Positions 16,448 to 26,634 are shown, numbered from the stretch's first letter. The stretch is 33,507 bases of DNA from Planctomycetota bacterium (GCA_044225365.1 JBGAIQ010000058.1:1-33507); one strand, 5' to 3'. Notes: generated by a model from the letters alone, not told the origin. Translations and numbers: made by a program.

Positions 16448-17974
16448 ATGTCGTATTCCATCCACGGCGCCACCCTGATCGGCATCGACGCCGAACCCGT
16501 CGAGGTCGAGGTGAAATTGCAGCGCGGCGTCATGGGCAAATTCCTCCTTTCGGGATTGCCCGACGCCGCCGTGCGCGAGTCGCGCGAGCGAGTGAAGTGC
16601 GCTGCGATCGCATCGGGACTGCGCTTTCCTCGCCAAACCTTGCTCGCGCATTTCGCACCGGGCGACGTGAAGAAGGAGGGCAATCTCCTCGACCTTCCGC
16701 TCGCGCTCGCTGTGCTCGGAGCGAGTGGTCAGATCCCGGTGCCGCGCTGCTCCCGCGTGCTCGCGGTGGGCGAACTCGCGCTCGATGGCCGCGTGCGCAA
16801 CGTGCGCGGGCTCTTGCCGATCGCGGTCGCCGCGCGGCGTCTCGGCGTCGAGGCGATGATCGCGCCGGCCGAAGGCGCGCCGCAGGCGGCCCTCGTCGAA
16901 GGCCTCCTCGTGATTCCGGTCCAGACGCTGCTCGAAGCCGTCGCCTGGCTCTCGGGCCACCTCGCCATTCCTCCCGCGGCGGCGGAGACCGTCGCGACCG
17001 ATTCCGAAGCGGTCGAGGACTTCGCCGACGTGCGAGGTCAGGAAGAGGCCAAGCTCGCGGTCGCCGTCGCGGCCTCGGGGCTCCACAACCTGCTCTTCAT
17101 CGGTCCACCGGGATCGGGCAAGACGATGCTCGCACGCCGTCTGCGGTCGCTCCTGCCGCCCCTCGATCGCGAGCAGGCACTCGAATGCACGCGGATCGCG
17201 AGTGTCACGTCGCCGCGACGCGTTCCGCTGCACCAGCGCCCGCCCTTCCGCGCGCCCCATCACACCGCGTCGTCCATCGCGCTCATCGGCGGCGGGCCGA
17301 AACTGCGCCCGGGCGAGATCACGCTCGCGCATCACGGCGTGCTGTTCCTCGACGAACTGCCGGAGTTCGATCGCAATGCTCTCGAGGCGCTGCGCCAACC
17401 GCTGGAGGAGCGCATGGTGGCGATCAGTCGCGCGGCGGGAACCGCCGTGATGCCGGCGGACTTCTGCCTCGTCGCCGCGATGAATCCGTGCCCGTGCGGC
17501 TATCGCGGATCACCGAAGGTGGCATGCCGTTGCTCGGACGTGATGATCCGTCGCTACTCCGATCGGCTGTCGGGGCCATTGCTCGATCGCATCGACCTCA
17601 CGGTCGAAGTGCCCGCGATCGATCCCGAGCGGCTCCTCGGCGCGAGCGTCGAGACCACGACGACGGACCTGATCGAGCGAATCGCGAAGGCGCGCGCGAT
17701 GCAGGCCCAGCGATTCTCTACGGCTGGCTCACGTACACGTGCGAACGGACGCATGACCGGCGCCGAGGTCGAGAAGTTCTGTGCGCTCGACGCGGCGAGC
17801 CGAAGGCTCGTGATCAAGACCGCGGAGGCGCAACGACTCTCCGCGAGGGCGATCGTGCGCGCGTTGCGCGTGGCGAGGACGGTCGCGGATCTGCGCGGGG
17901 CCGAGTCGGTGTCGAGCGAAGACGTCGCCGTCGCGCTCGCCTGGCGCTGCCGGATCACGAAGGAGGACGTCTGA
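16448..17974 (+). CDS. comM: YifB/ComM family Mg-chelatase-like AAA+ ATPase, 508 aa
   Basis: GLPDAAVRESRERV, Walker A GPPGSGKT, PFRAPHHT, GVLFLDELPEF, AMNPCPCG and SGPLLDRID; start moved to ATG 16448. Confidence 0.95.
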   Translation: MSYSIHGATLIGIDAEPVEVEVKLQRGVMGKFLLSGLPDAAVRESRERVKCAAIASGLRFPRQTLLAHFAPGDVKKEGNLLDLPLALAVLGASGQIPVPRCSRVLAVGELALDGRVRNVRGLLPIAVAARRLGVEAMIAPAEGAPQAALVEGLLVIPVQTLLEAVAWLSGHLAIPPAAAETVATDSEAVEDFADVRGQEEAKLAVAVAASGLHNLLFIGPPGSGKTMLARRLRSLLPPLDREQALECTRIASVTSPRRVPLHQRPPFRAPHHTASSIALIGGGPKLRPGEITLAHHGVLFLDELPEFDRNALEALRQPLEERMVAISRAAGTAVMPADFCLVAAMNPCPCGYRGSPKVACRCSDVMIRRYSDRLSGPLLDRIDLTVEVPAIDPERLLGASVETTTTDLIERIAKARAMQAQRFSTAGSRTRANGRMTGAEVEKFCALDAASRRLVIKTAEAQRLSARAIVRALRVARTVADLRGAESVSSEDVAVALAWRCRITKEDV

Positions 17975-20489
17975 GCGAACGGAAGAAGCCGACGAGCAAG
18001 AGCCCTGTCGCGAGCATCGTGAGCAGCCCACCGAGTCGAGCCGCATGCGGCTCATAAGTCAGCACGACGCCCTTCGCATTCGCGGGTAGCGGCACGGCGC
18101 GGAAGGCGTGATCGGCGGGGAGCACGGGTCGCGACTCGCCGTCGACGCGGGCCGTCCAGCCCGCGTCGTACGAATCGGCGACGAACAGGAATGCCGGTTC
18201 AGCGAGCCCTTCGATCGCGACTTCGACGCGCGTCGGTTGCTCGCTCACGATCTTCGCGTTACCCGCGACCTTCTTGGCCCCGCGGGCGAATCCCGGACCC
18301 GGATCGGTCTCGAGGAGAACCGTCGATTCTGGATCGAGCGAGGGATCGCACAGGCGCGCGAGCCGAGTCGGCTTGTCCGTGACGACGTCGAATCCGCCGA
18401 CGAGACGGACTCGCGGCAGCGTGCCCGCGACGCGGTAGACGCCAAGCTGTTCGCCGGTGCCCGATCCGTCGTAGATCACGTCGAACCCGGCGCGGACGAT
18501 CGGGCGATCCACGACGATGTTCGGCGTGGCCGTCCGACGAAACGCCGGATGCTCGAAGCTCTCGAGCCGCTCGAACCCTTTCACGACGCGCGGATCGCGA
18601 CGGTCGATCCGTCCCGGCTCGATCGTTTCGATCAGCTCGCCCATCCGCGTGAGGATCATCGGCTCACCGCCATCGAGGCAGCGATATCCGAAGTACGGAG
18701 CGAGCAGCGCCGCCGCGATCCGGTGGTCCGCGTATCGCACGCTGCGCCCCTCAGCCTTCGCGAGGAACTCGATCGCGGGCGTCGTCGGATATTGACCCGC
18801 ACGTTCCTGCAGGGGATTCGATCGCATCGCGTAGAGCACCAGCTCGCCGCCCCCGACGAGGAACAACACGACGCACAGCGCCGTGGCGCGGCGCGTGATC
18901 GCCGCGAATCGCAGGCCGACGAATGCAACGAGGACGACGCCGATCACTCCGACCATCTCGAACAGTTGCCGTGCTGTGTGCCGACCAAAGGGCGCGAACC
19001 CCCCCAACCCCTTGGCTGCCGTCTCCCCCAATTCGAGGGCAGGAGACAGTTCGAAGAGGACGCCGGCAAGAAGCAGCACTCCTGCGGCTCCACCTGCGAA
19101 GAGCATGAACCTGCGACGCGTCGCTTCGCCGCGGTCATCGACCTCGCCACGGAGTCGGGCGTCCAGTCCGAACGCCGCGAGCATCGGCAACGCGAAGCAC
19201 ATGAGAAGCAACGCGCGCTTCGGATTCGACGCCGCGAGCCAGGGCGCGTGTCGGAACATCGACTCGAGCAACGGAGTCTGGAGGGCGAGCAGCAGAGCGA
19301 GGAGGACGAGGACGGCGAGCGCGCCGCACGGTCGCCTCCGCAGCGGAATGCCGAACGCGAGCAGGACGAGGAGCACGGCGGAGCCCGGCCACAACGCGTT
19401 CTCGACCGGATTCTCCTGCGGGTCGTCGGAGAGCCATCGCTGGTGCGGGTAGTAGGCCGCGAGCTCGTTCGGAATGCCTTCGCGATCGGCCATGTTGCCG
19501 AAGAAGTCGGGAAGCACGAGACCCACGAGCGCCGCGGGTCGCATCGCCTTGCCGTACTGGGCCTCGGGCGTCACGAACTCGCGCCGCAGCGAGTTGGGCA
19601 GGAGGGATAGCGTGGGCAGCAATTGATTCGATGCCAGGAGCAGGCCGAGCGCGACGCCTCCGGTCGCGACGAGCGCGATCCGTCCGCGATCCGCGCATCC
19701 GCGCTCGAACAGGCGAAGTGCGCCGTAGACCGCCCCGCCGAGCAACTCGATCATGAGCACTTGCGGGAATCCCGCGAAGGCCGCCCCTGCCACCGCCACG
19801 GCGAGCAGCACCGTCCGCGACAGCCAGGACTTCAGGAGCGGGTTCGAGTGCGACGTCGAGAACAGGGAATCGAGCGCGACCAAGATCCAGGGGAACCATG
19901 CCGCCGTCGCAACGATCGAGGGCAGGTGGATCCGCGTCGTCATCCACGCGCAGAATTGGAACGCGATGCCTCCGAAGAGAGCGCACGCGATTCGAACCTG
20001 GTGCCCGCGCAGGAAGAAGTATGCGCCAATCCCCGCGAACGCGAAATGCAGCACGAGGACGGCGGCCATCGCTCGCAGGAGATCGTCCGCTCGCAGGGCC
20101 AGCCAGTTCGGAAAGTAGTACGGCGGGAACGCGAGATTCGCGAGCAGGGGCTGGCCGCAGAGCACGAACGGATTCCACAGGGGCGCGCGTCCCGCCTGCA
20201 CCTCGTCGGCGATGAACTTCCCTTCGGGAACGATCCAGCCGTTGAGATCCGACGTGACGAAATTGGCCGAACGGGATGCGAGGTCCGCAGGTGCTTTCGC
20301 AACGAAGGGCACGAAGGCCCGCGAGTCGAACGACAGGATGCAGCGATCCTGAAACAGCGCGGGGACGAACGGCAGGAGCGCCGCGATCAGCAGCACGAGG
20401 CTCGCGAGGAGGTCGGGGAGGAACGACCGAAAGGACGGCGCGAGGTCTTTCGCCGGCGCAGTCTCGGGCGGCGATGCGTAGGAACGCAT
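17955..20489 (-). CDS. YfhO-family membrane protein (GT-C fold glycosyltransferase-like), ~844 aa
   Basis: PLWNPFVLCGQPLLAN, many TM helices, C-terminal ADSYDAGWTARVDG…ADHAFRAV…LTYEP plus a final TM helix. Start uncertain (ATG 20489 or GTG 20531). Confidence 0.88.
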   Translation of the reverse strand: MRSYASPPETAPAKDLAPSFRSFLPDLLASLVLLIAALLPFVPALFQDRCILSFDSRAFVPFVAKAPADLASRSANFVTSDLNGWIVPEGKFIADEVQAGRAPLWNPFVLCGQPLLANLAFPPYYFPNWLALRADDLLRAMAAVLVLHFAFAGIGAYFFLRGHQVRIACALFGGIAFQFCAWMTTRIHLPSIVATAAWFPWILVALDSLFSTSHSNPLLKSWLSRTVLLAVAVAGAAFAGFPQVLMIELLGGAVYGALRLFERGCADRGRIALVATGGVALGLLLASNQLLPTLSLLPNSLRREFVTPEAQYGKAMRPAALVGLVLPDFFGNMADREGIPNELAAYYPHQRWLSDDPQENPVENALWPGSAVLLVLLAFGIPLRRRPCGALAVLVLLALLLALQTPLLESMFRHAPWLAASNPKRALLLMCFALPMLAAFGLDARLRGEVDDRGEATRRRFMLFAGGAAGVLLLAGVLFELSPALELGETAAKGLGGFAPFGRHTARQLFEMVGVIGVVLVAFVGLRFAAITRRATALCVVLFLVGGGELVLYAMRSNPLQERAGQYPTTPAIEFLAKAEGRSVRYADHRIAAALLAPYFGYRCLDGGEPMILTRMGELIETIEPGRIDRRDPRVVKGFERLESFEHPAFRRTATPNIVVDRPIVRAGFDVIYDGSGTGEQLGVYRVAGTLPRVRLVGGFDVVTDKPTRLARLCDPSLDPESTVLLETDPGPGFARGAKKVAGNAKIVSEQPTRVEVAIEGLAEPAFLFVADSYDAGWTARVDGESRPVLPADHAFRAVPLPANAKGVVLTYEPHAARLGGLLTMLATGLLLVGFFRSLRRPPS

Positions 20490-20563
20490 CGATTCTCGAA
20501 TCTCGTGGTCCTCGGGGTTCGCGGGCGTCACGCGAAGGATGGTATCTTCCGGCGCGAATCGAA

Positions 20564-22564
20564 ATGACCGAAAACCGCAGCACCGCAGTTCCGTCCTCGA
20601 ACGCGACGCCGAGTCCTCGGCGCGGCGGGTTCGCCGATGCGTTGCGAGGCGCGCTGCGCGACGGCGGCCCGCTCCTCCTCGCGATCCTCGCCTTCGCGGC
20701 CATCGCCCGCATCGCGTACGTGAGCCAGTTCTTCGCGACCAATCCATTCGCGCACGCCGAGACGCTGATCTCCGACGCGAAGCTCTATCACGAATGGGCG
20801 CAACGGATCGCGGGCGGCGACCTCCTCGGGCCGGCGGAACCGCTCCATCACCCGCCGCTCTATCCGTATCTGCTCGGACTCGTCTACGCGATCGCGGGGC
20901 CGTCACCCGGCGCGATGGTGACCCTGCAATCGCTCGTCGGCCTCGTCACACTGCTGCTCGTCTTCGCGATCTCGCGGCGAGTGACGAGTCGCGGCCCCGC
21001 GCTCGTAGTGACCGCACTCGCAGCGCTCTACTGGCCGTTCGCGTTCTACGAAACGCGATTGCTGCCCTCGAGTCTCGCGACGTTCACGGCTGCGCTCGCG
21101 CTCGCCCAGCTCTGCGGAGTCTTCGGAAACCTCACGCGCGGGCGGCTCTTCCTCGCGGGACTCGCGCTCGGAATCCTCGCCGGACTCCGGCCGAATCAGC
21201 TCCTCGCGCTCGCCTTCGTGGTCCCGGTCGCCGGATGGCTCGCGCGCGATGCGACACTCCCTCGCGCGCGAATCGTGAATGTCCTCCTGCTCGGACTCGG
21301 CGCGCTCTTGCCGATCCTTCCGTTCACATTGCGCAACGTCGTGCACGCGGGCGAAGCGGTCCTCCTTTGCGATACCGGCGGGATCAACCTCTACTTCGCG
21401 CACTCGAAGGGCGCCGGCGCGTCGTTCAAGGTGGACGACCCACGCTGGGGCAACGTCGAGGATCAGCCCGCGTATTCCCGGCGCATGGCCGAAGCGGAGA
21501 CGCAGAACCCCTCCCTCACCTGGAGCGAAGTGTCGAGTCACTTCACGCGAAAAGCGCTCGACTTCGCTGTCGCCCATCCCCTCGATGAACTGCGAAGCCT
21601 CCTCGCCCGCGCGCGAGCGATCCTCGATTCGTTCGAATACTGCGTGATCTACGCGCCACTTCCGGAACGCGCGATCGCATCGACCTCGTGGCTCTTTCCG
21701 ATTCCGTTCGCGCCCTTCGCGGCGCTCGTGCTCGCGGGAATCGTGGCGACCCTGAGGACGCGCCCGCGCGATCCCCTTGCACTCGTCCTGCTCGCTTACG
21801 CAATCGCGCAATGGGCGATGGTGCTGATCTTCTTCCAGTACTCGCGCTTTCGCCTCGTCTCCATGCCCGCGCTCGTTCCCCTCGCTGCGATCGGACTGGG
21901 CCAAGTCGTGCAGGGCGTGCGGGCGCGCCGCTTCGCGCTCGAGTTCGTCGCCGTCGCGATCGGCGCCGTGGTGTCTCTCCTGCCCGAGACGTCCGAAGCA
22001 TCCGATCAGCGCGCGAACCAGGATGTCGCGATCGCTTCGGCCTATCGCACGCTGCACGACTTCGCGGCTGCCAATGAGGCACTCGATCGTTCGGAGCGAT
22101 CGCGCCCGGGACTCGTCAACCAGCGACTCGAGCGCGTTGCACTGTTCATCGATCAGAAACAGTTCGGCGGGGCGCGCGCCGAACTCGAGACGGGTCTGTC
22201 GAAGTCACCCGATCAACCTCTCTATCTGCTGACGCTGGCGAAACTGCTCGTCACCACCGAGCCGACGGACCTCGCACGGGCAGCGGACCTCGCGAGGCGC
22301 GCGACTCGACTCGCTCCGGCCCTCATCGAGACCTGGCTCGAGCTGGGACGGGTCCTCCTGGCAGCAAAGCAATGGGAGCCGCTTCGAACGGCGATGCAGG
22401 ACGCGATCGCGCACGGCGCGTCGAGCGCTCCGATCCTCACGTTGCTCGGCAGCGCCTGCCGAAATCTCGGCGACTTCGACGCCGCGCGAAAGGCCCTGCT
22501 CCACGCGATCGAGATCGACCCGCGCTTCGCCCCCGCCCAGGACGAGCTACGACGCCTCCCGTAG
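20564..22564 (+). CDS. ArnT/PMT-like GT-C glycosyltransferase with C-terminal TPR repeats, 666 aa
   Basis: SDAKLYHEWA, PPLYPYLLG, LRPN, RN…GGINLY and RFRL motifs; ~11 TM helices; TPR tail (…AIEIDPRFAPAQ). Confidence 0.85.
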   Translation: MTENRSTAVPSSNATPSPRRGGFADALRGALRDGGPLLLAILAFAAIARIAYVSQFFATNPFAHAETLISDAKLYHEWAQRIAGGDLLGPAEPLHHPPLYPYLLGLVYAIAGPSPGAMVTLQSLVGLVTLLLVFAISRRVTSRGPALVVTALAALYWPFAFYETRLLPSSLATFTAALALAQLCGVFGNLTRGRLFLAGLALGILAGLRPNQLLALAFVVPVAGWLARDATLPRARIVNVLLLGLGALLPILPFTLRNVVHAGEAVLLCDTGGINLYFAHSKGAGASFKVDDPRWGNVEDQPAYSRRMAEAETQNPSLTWSEVSSHFTRKALDFAVAHPLDELRSLLARARAILDSFEYCVIYAPLPERAIASTSWLFPIPFAPFAALVLAGIVATLRTRPRDPLALVLLAYAIAQWAMVLIFFQYSRFRLVSMPALVPLAAIGLGQVVQGVRARRFALEFVAVAIGAVVSLLPETSEASDQRANQDVAIASAYRTLHDFAAANEALDRSERSRPGLVNQRLERVALFIDQKQFGGARAELETGLSKSPDQPLYLLTLAKLLVTTEPTDLARAADLARRATRLAPALIETWLELGRVLLAAKQWEPLRTAMQDAIAHGASSAPILTLLGSACRNLGDFDAARKALLHAIEIDPRFAPAQDELRRLP

Positions 22565-22640
22565 GGCGCGGGCGTCCGGACCGCCGCGCGCCAGCGCGGC
22601 TACCCAACGCCAAGACGGGTCGACAGCCGTCGACCCCTAC
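22561..22640. repeat. Inverted pair of GTAG-type REP-like hairpins between convergent genes
   Basis: 22617-22640 GGGTCGAC-AGCC-GTCGACCC-CTAC has the same loop and tail as the REP at 187-210; 22561-22592 is GTAG followed by an imperfect GC hairpin in the opposite orientation. Confidence 0.7.
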
Positions 22641-22658
22641 GAAGGAGGGTCACCGTGT

Positions 22659-22982
22659 TCAAACGACCCCCGTCGTCTCGAGGCACCACCTAGCATAGGG
22701 TTCGTTGACCGAGGCCACCTCGACCGCCGCGATCTCGGGGACCTCGTAGGGATGGATCGCCGCCATTCGTTCGCGATAGGCCGCAACGCGTGCGGTCGGG
22801 ACCTTGGCGACGAGAAGGAACTCGCGCTCGTCCTGCGGCTTGCCGTCCCAGACGTAGAAGGACCGCACTCCCGGGAGCAGATTGACGCAGGCGGCGAGCT
22901 TTTCCGCCACGAGGAGGCGCGCGATCTCGACGCCTTTCTCTTCGGTCGGTACGGTCGTGAAGACGATGTGAAGGCGGTCCAT
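22659..22982 (-). CDS. cutA: Divalent-cation tolerance protein CutA, 107 aa
   Basis: IARLLVAEKLAACVN, SFYVWDG and HPYEVPEI motifs; start moved to ATG 22982. Confidence 0.95.
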   Translation of the reverse strand: MDRLHIVFTTVPTEEKGVEIARLLVAEKLAACVNLLPGVRSFYVWDGKPQDEREFLLVAKVPTARVAAYRERMAAIHPYEVPEIAAVEVASVNEPYARWCLETTGVV

Positions 22983-23039
22983 TCGCGACTTGCTCCAAGC
23001 CTTGCGTCGATTCGACCTCGGAATGTCTACCATCTCGCT

Positions 23040-24593
23040 GTGAAACAAAAGCAAGCCATCTGGCTCCTGTTGATCGCCGTTCTGCTCGGCGCATTCCTGC
23101 GCGGGCTCGACATCCTCGCCTCCTACGAGAATGGCCTCCGCGGAGCGTGTTGCGCGCTGTTCTCGATGATGGCGAACAACAACCTGAAGTACGGGCTCCT
23201 CGTCACCGGCGGAGTGGGAGTGCTGAACCCGGTTTGGTCGCCTCCCGAGTACTTCAACTACTATCTGCATCACCCTCCGGGAACGATCCTGATCGCCACG
23301 CTCGGCGCCGCGCTCGGCGGAACGAACCCGGCGTCGTTGCGCCTCATCTTCTTCCCGTTCTCGATCGGAGTCATCCTTCTTACGTACCGGCTCGCGCGCA
23401 CGCGGGACGCTCGGGTTGCCGCCGCGGTCGGTGGGATCATCGCGTTGATGCCGCTCACGGCGTATTACGGTGCGTTCGTCAACTTCGAGATCCCGACGCT
23501 CTTCTTCATGCTGCTCGCGATCTTCCTGTTCCAGCGCTACCTGCGGCGCGGTCGGAGGAAGGATCGATCGCGGTTCCTCCTCGCGCAAGCGTGCGCCGTC
23601 GGCTGTGATTGGATCGCGCTCGGTCTGCCCTTCGCACTCATGCTGCTCGCGCCGCTCGTACGGCGACGCAAATCGACGCCGCAGGAAGCTCCGACGCGCA
23701 AGCAATACGTCCTCGCTACGCTGATGGCGATCGGCGCGTCCGCGGTCGTCTTCCTGGTGGTGCGCCTCTGGTACAAATTCCAGCTCTCGCGCTACGGAGT
23801 CGATCCCGATGCAGGAGCGGCCGATGGCTACTACCTGCAGGCGACGCCCTTCGCCGACGAATTCGACAAGTGGAACTACCTCACGCGGATCTTTCAGTTC
23901 TCCCGCGAGCTGATCACGATTCCCGTCCTCGTGCTCGCGGCGATCGGTCTTCTGATCTCACTCGTGCGCGCCGCGAAGCGCGAACTCGCCCAACTCGATC
24001 ACGCCATGCTCGCCACGGCGCTCGTCGGGATCGCCAACCTCGTCATCCTCGGCAATCACGCGAGCAAGCACGATTACTACCTGCTCTATGCGGCCCCGGC
24101 GTGCGCGCTCGCGTGCGGCGTGGCCCTGCGCTGGATCTTCTCCGATTTCGCGGATCCCGAGCGAGTCGACCTCGGCACCCGGCTCACGTCGTTCGGCGTC
24201 GTCGCTTTGATCGTCGTCCTTGCCTTCCGCTCGGTGAACGTGCTCGATGCGCGACGAAGCGACAAGTTGTCGAGACTCGGCAACGAGATCGCCGACCACA
24301 CGGACGAGAAGGCCGTCGTCATGCTGCCCGCGTTCTACACACTCCAGGTCGCGGTCCGCGCCGGTCGATTCGTCGGCGGGCCGGTGACGAACTACGAACA
24401 GCTCGTGTTCGCCTCGCAACTCGCCATGAAATTCGGGATGGGTGGACGACCGCTCGTGCTGTTGCTCGGGGAAGACGAGGAATCGCGCCTCGTTCCGGAT
24501 TTCCGCTCGTGGCTCGAGAAGAACGCGAAGCGCTCGATCAGCGGACCTTTCGTCCAGTACGCGCTCGGCGATCTCCCGCGCAAGAATCCGTGA
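23040..24593 (+). CDS. ArnT/PMT_2-like GT-C glycosyltransferase, 517 aa
   Basis: GTG start; YYLHHPPG loop after TM1, multiple TM helices, YYGAFVNFE, HDYYLLY and a soluble C-terminal domain. Confidence 0.8.
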   Translation: MKQKQAIWLLLIAVLLGAFLRGLDILASYENGLRGACCALFSMMANNNLKYGLLVTGGVGVLNPVWSPPEYFNYYLHHPPGTILIATLGAALGGTNPASLRLIFFPFSIGVILLTYRLARTRDARVAAAVGGIIALMPLTAYYGAFVNFEIPTLFFMLLAIFLFQRYLRRGRRKDRSRFLLAQACAVGCDWIALGLPFALMLLAPLVRRRKSTPQEAPTRKQYVLATLMAIGASAVVFLVVRLWYKFQLSRYGVDPDAGAADGYYLQATPFADEFDKWNYLTRIFQFSRELITIPVLVLAAIGLLISLVRAAKRELAQLDHAMLATALVGIANLVILGNHASKHDYYLLYAAPACALACGVALRWIFSDFADPERVDLGTRLTSFGVVALIVVLAFRSVNVLDARRSDKLSRLGNEIADHTDEKAVVMLPAFYTLQVAVRAGRFVGGPVTNYEQLVFASQLAMKFGMGGRPLVLLLGEDEESRLVPDFRSWLEKNAKRSISGPFVQYALGDLPRKNP

Positions 24594-24612
24594 CAAGTCG
24601 CGGTCGACGCGA

Positions 24613-25413
24613 TCAGCGCCCCATCTCGAGGCGAGTGGCGCACAGGTTGTTGATCCAGTCGATCTCGTAGATCTTGTTCTGCGTCCCGCGGATGTCGTAT
24701 TCGACGCGCTGGAAACGGATCTTCGTGGGCCGGCCCTTGTCGTCGTCTTCGACGATCACGAAGCACGATCGCGGATCCTGGTCGCGCGGTTGTCCGACCG
24801 AACCCACGTTCACGAGCAGCTTCTCCTCGCCGACGACGAACTCCTCGTCGTCGAGTTCGGAAGGGGAATGGTGCTCGTAGACGAGGCGTCCGTTCTCCTT
24901 CTTCTCGACGAACACGCCGGGGAGATGTGTGTGACCGATGAAGCAGACGTGCGGGATCTGGGTGAAGACGTCCTGCAGCTTCTCGGGCGAGTACATGACC
25001 CAGTGCGGCATCACGTACTCCTTGATCGGGTCGCGGGGCGAACCATGCACATACAGCACATGACCGTCGCTCATCGCACGGCGCTCTTCGAGGCGCCGCA
25101 GGAACTCCCACCGCGCCTTCTTCTCCCGCGAGGAGAACAGGCCGGGCTTCATGAGCTGGCGCGTCCCGTCGATGACTTCGCGAGCGATTGCGTTGAAGTC
25201 GACGGCGTCACCCATCAGCGCGTCGTCATGGTTCCCACGGATCGTGAAGCGACAGCGCCGTCGAATCAGGTCGACGCAGGCGTCGGGGTCGGGTCCGTAG
25301 CCGATGACGTCGCCAAGACAGATGACGTCGTCGACCTTCTCGGCGTCGATGCGCGCGAAGACCGCCGTGAGCGCTTCGAGGTTCGAGTGGATATCGGAAA
25401 TGATCGCGTACAA
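24613..25413 (-). CDS. Calcineurin-like metallophosphoesterase (YfcE/MJ0936-like), 266 aa
   Basis: SDIHSN, LGDVIGYG, RGNHD, VHGSP, GHTH and NVGSVGQPRD motifs; TTG start with GGAG RBS. Confidence 0.93.
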   Translation of the reverse strand: MYAIISDIHSNLEALTAVFARIDAEKVDDVICLGDVIGYGPDPDACVDLIRRRCRFTIRGNHDDALMGDAVDFNAIAREVIDGTRQLMKPGLFSSREKKARWEFLRRLEERRAMSDGHVLYVHGSPRDPIKEYVMPHWVMYSPEKLQDVFTQIPHVCFIGHTHLPGVFVEKKENGRLVYEHHSPSELDDEEFVVGEEKLLVNVGSVGQPRDQDPRSCFVIVEDDDKGRPTKIRFQRVEYDIRGTQNKIYEIDWINNLCATRLEMGR

Positions 25414-25611
25414 GCCACCGACTCCAAAGCGCGGAGGGCTACCCTAGGTAGCCGCCCCTTCATCGTTTGCAAGGGTTCGCACGAGTTCGCAAGCGTCGTC
25501 GATCGAGCGGCTGCCAGTCCCAGCCTGGCGAGCATCCGCACTGCCGAGCCCCGTTCATACTAAAAGAGCGGGACGGATTCCGCCATGATTCGGGTGGGAC
25601 GCCGTGACGGC

Positions 25612-26634
25612 CTATCGGGCGCCTCGAACGGCGGCGGCCGGATTCGGCTGCATGGCGAGCCGCAAGCGTTCGATGACCCGCTCGCTCGCGAAGGCAAGCG
25701 GCTGTTCGATCGTCGCGCCGGCGGCGTACGCATGGCCCCCGCCGCCGAGTTCGCACGCGATGCGCCCCACGTCGACGCGCCCGGTGGATCGGAGATTGAC
25801 CCGCACGGCCCCACCGCTCATCTCGCGAAACAAGGCGACCACTTCGGCGGACCGCCCCGTGCGCAGGAGATCGAGCATTTCGTCGGTCTCGTAGGGCCCG
25901 ACCCCGAACTCCTCAGCGACGGCGAGCGGAATGCGACTCCACAGCAAGCGCCCCTCGAGTTCCTCGCGCGCGCTCATCGCGACGTGACCGATGAGTCGAA
26001 CGAGGGCCGTTTCGTTGCGCTGGTAGACCTCACGATAGACCCGGCTCGCGTCGATTCCCGTGGCGAGCAGATCCGCGACGTCCCGCAGGACCGCAGGGGA
26101 CGTGTTGGTGTTGCGAAACCACCCGGTATCGGTGGCGATCGCGACGAGCAAGCACTCGGCGATCACCCGGTCGATCGGTGCGTCGAAGGCGCGCAAGAGA
26201 TCGAGGACGATCGTGCCGGTCGCGGGCGCCGTCGGAACGTGGACGTTGATGTCCCCAGGCGGGTCCGCGGACGGATGATGGTCGATGCAGACCTTCACGG
26301 CCCGCGATCGGCCGAGTTCGTCGCGAAGCCCGGGCATCCGCGCGGGCGACGAGAAGTCGAACATCATGAAGCCGTCGGCGCTGCGAACGTATTCGCTCGC
26401 TTCTCGAGCGTCGTAGATCTCGACGAGATCGTCGCCACCGAGAAAGGAGTAGCGATCGAGGAGAGGCTCGAAGACGAACGCCCGCACCGTCTTGCCCCGG
26501 CTGCGGAGGTAATGCGTCATCGCGAGCATCGAACCGAGGGAATCGCCGTCGATGTTGACGTGTCCGGTCAATGCGAAGTGCTGACTGCGCTCGATCAACT
26601 CGAGCAGGCGCGGCGCGAAATCGCGGACGCTCAT
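25612..26634 (-). CDS. nrnA: DHH/DHHA1 bifunctional oligoribonuclease/PAP phosphatase, 340 aa
   Basis: HVNIDGDSLGS, IDHH, TDTGWF and GGGGHAYAAG motifs; ATG 26634 with GGAG RBS. Confidence 0.9.
   Translation of the reverse strand: MSVRDFAPRLLELIERSQHFALTGHVNIDGDSLGSMLAMTHYLRSRGKTVRAFVFEPLLDRYSFLGGDDLVEIYDAREASEYVRSADGFMMFDFSSPARMPGLRDELGRSRAVKVCIDHHPSADPPGDINVHVPTAPATGTIVLDLLRAFDAPIDRVIAECLLVAIATDTGWFRNTNTSPAVLRDVADLLATGIDASRVYREVYQRNETALVRLIGHVAMSAREELEGRLLWSRIPLAVAEEFGVGPYETDEMLDLLRTGRSAEVVALFREMSGGAVRVNLRSTGRVDVGRIACELGGGGHAYAAGATIEQPLAFASERVIERLRLAMQPNPAAAVRGAR

Noticed and set aside
16448-17974. comM interrupted by a mobile element (a known integration hotspot)
   Set aside because: The gene is intact with all motifs, and no integrase is nearby.
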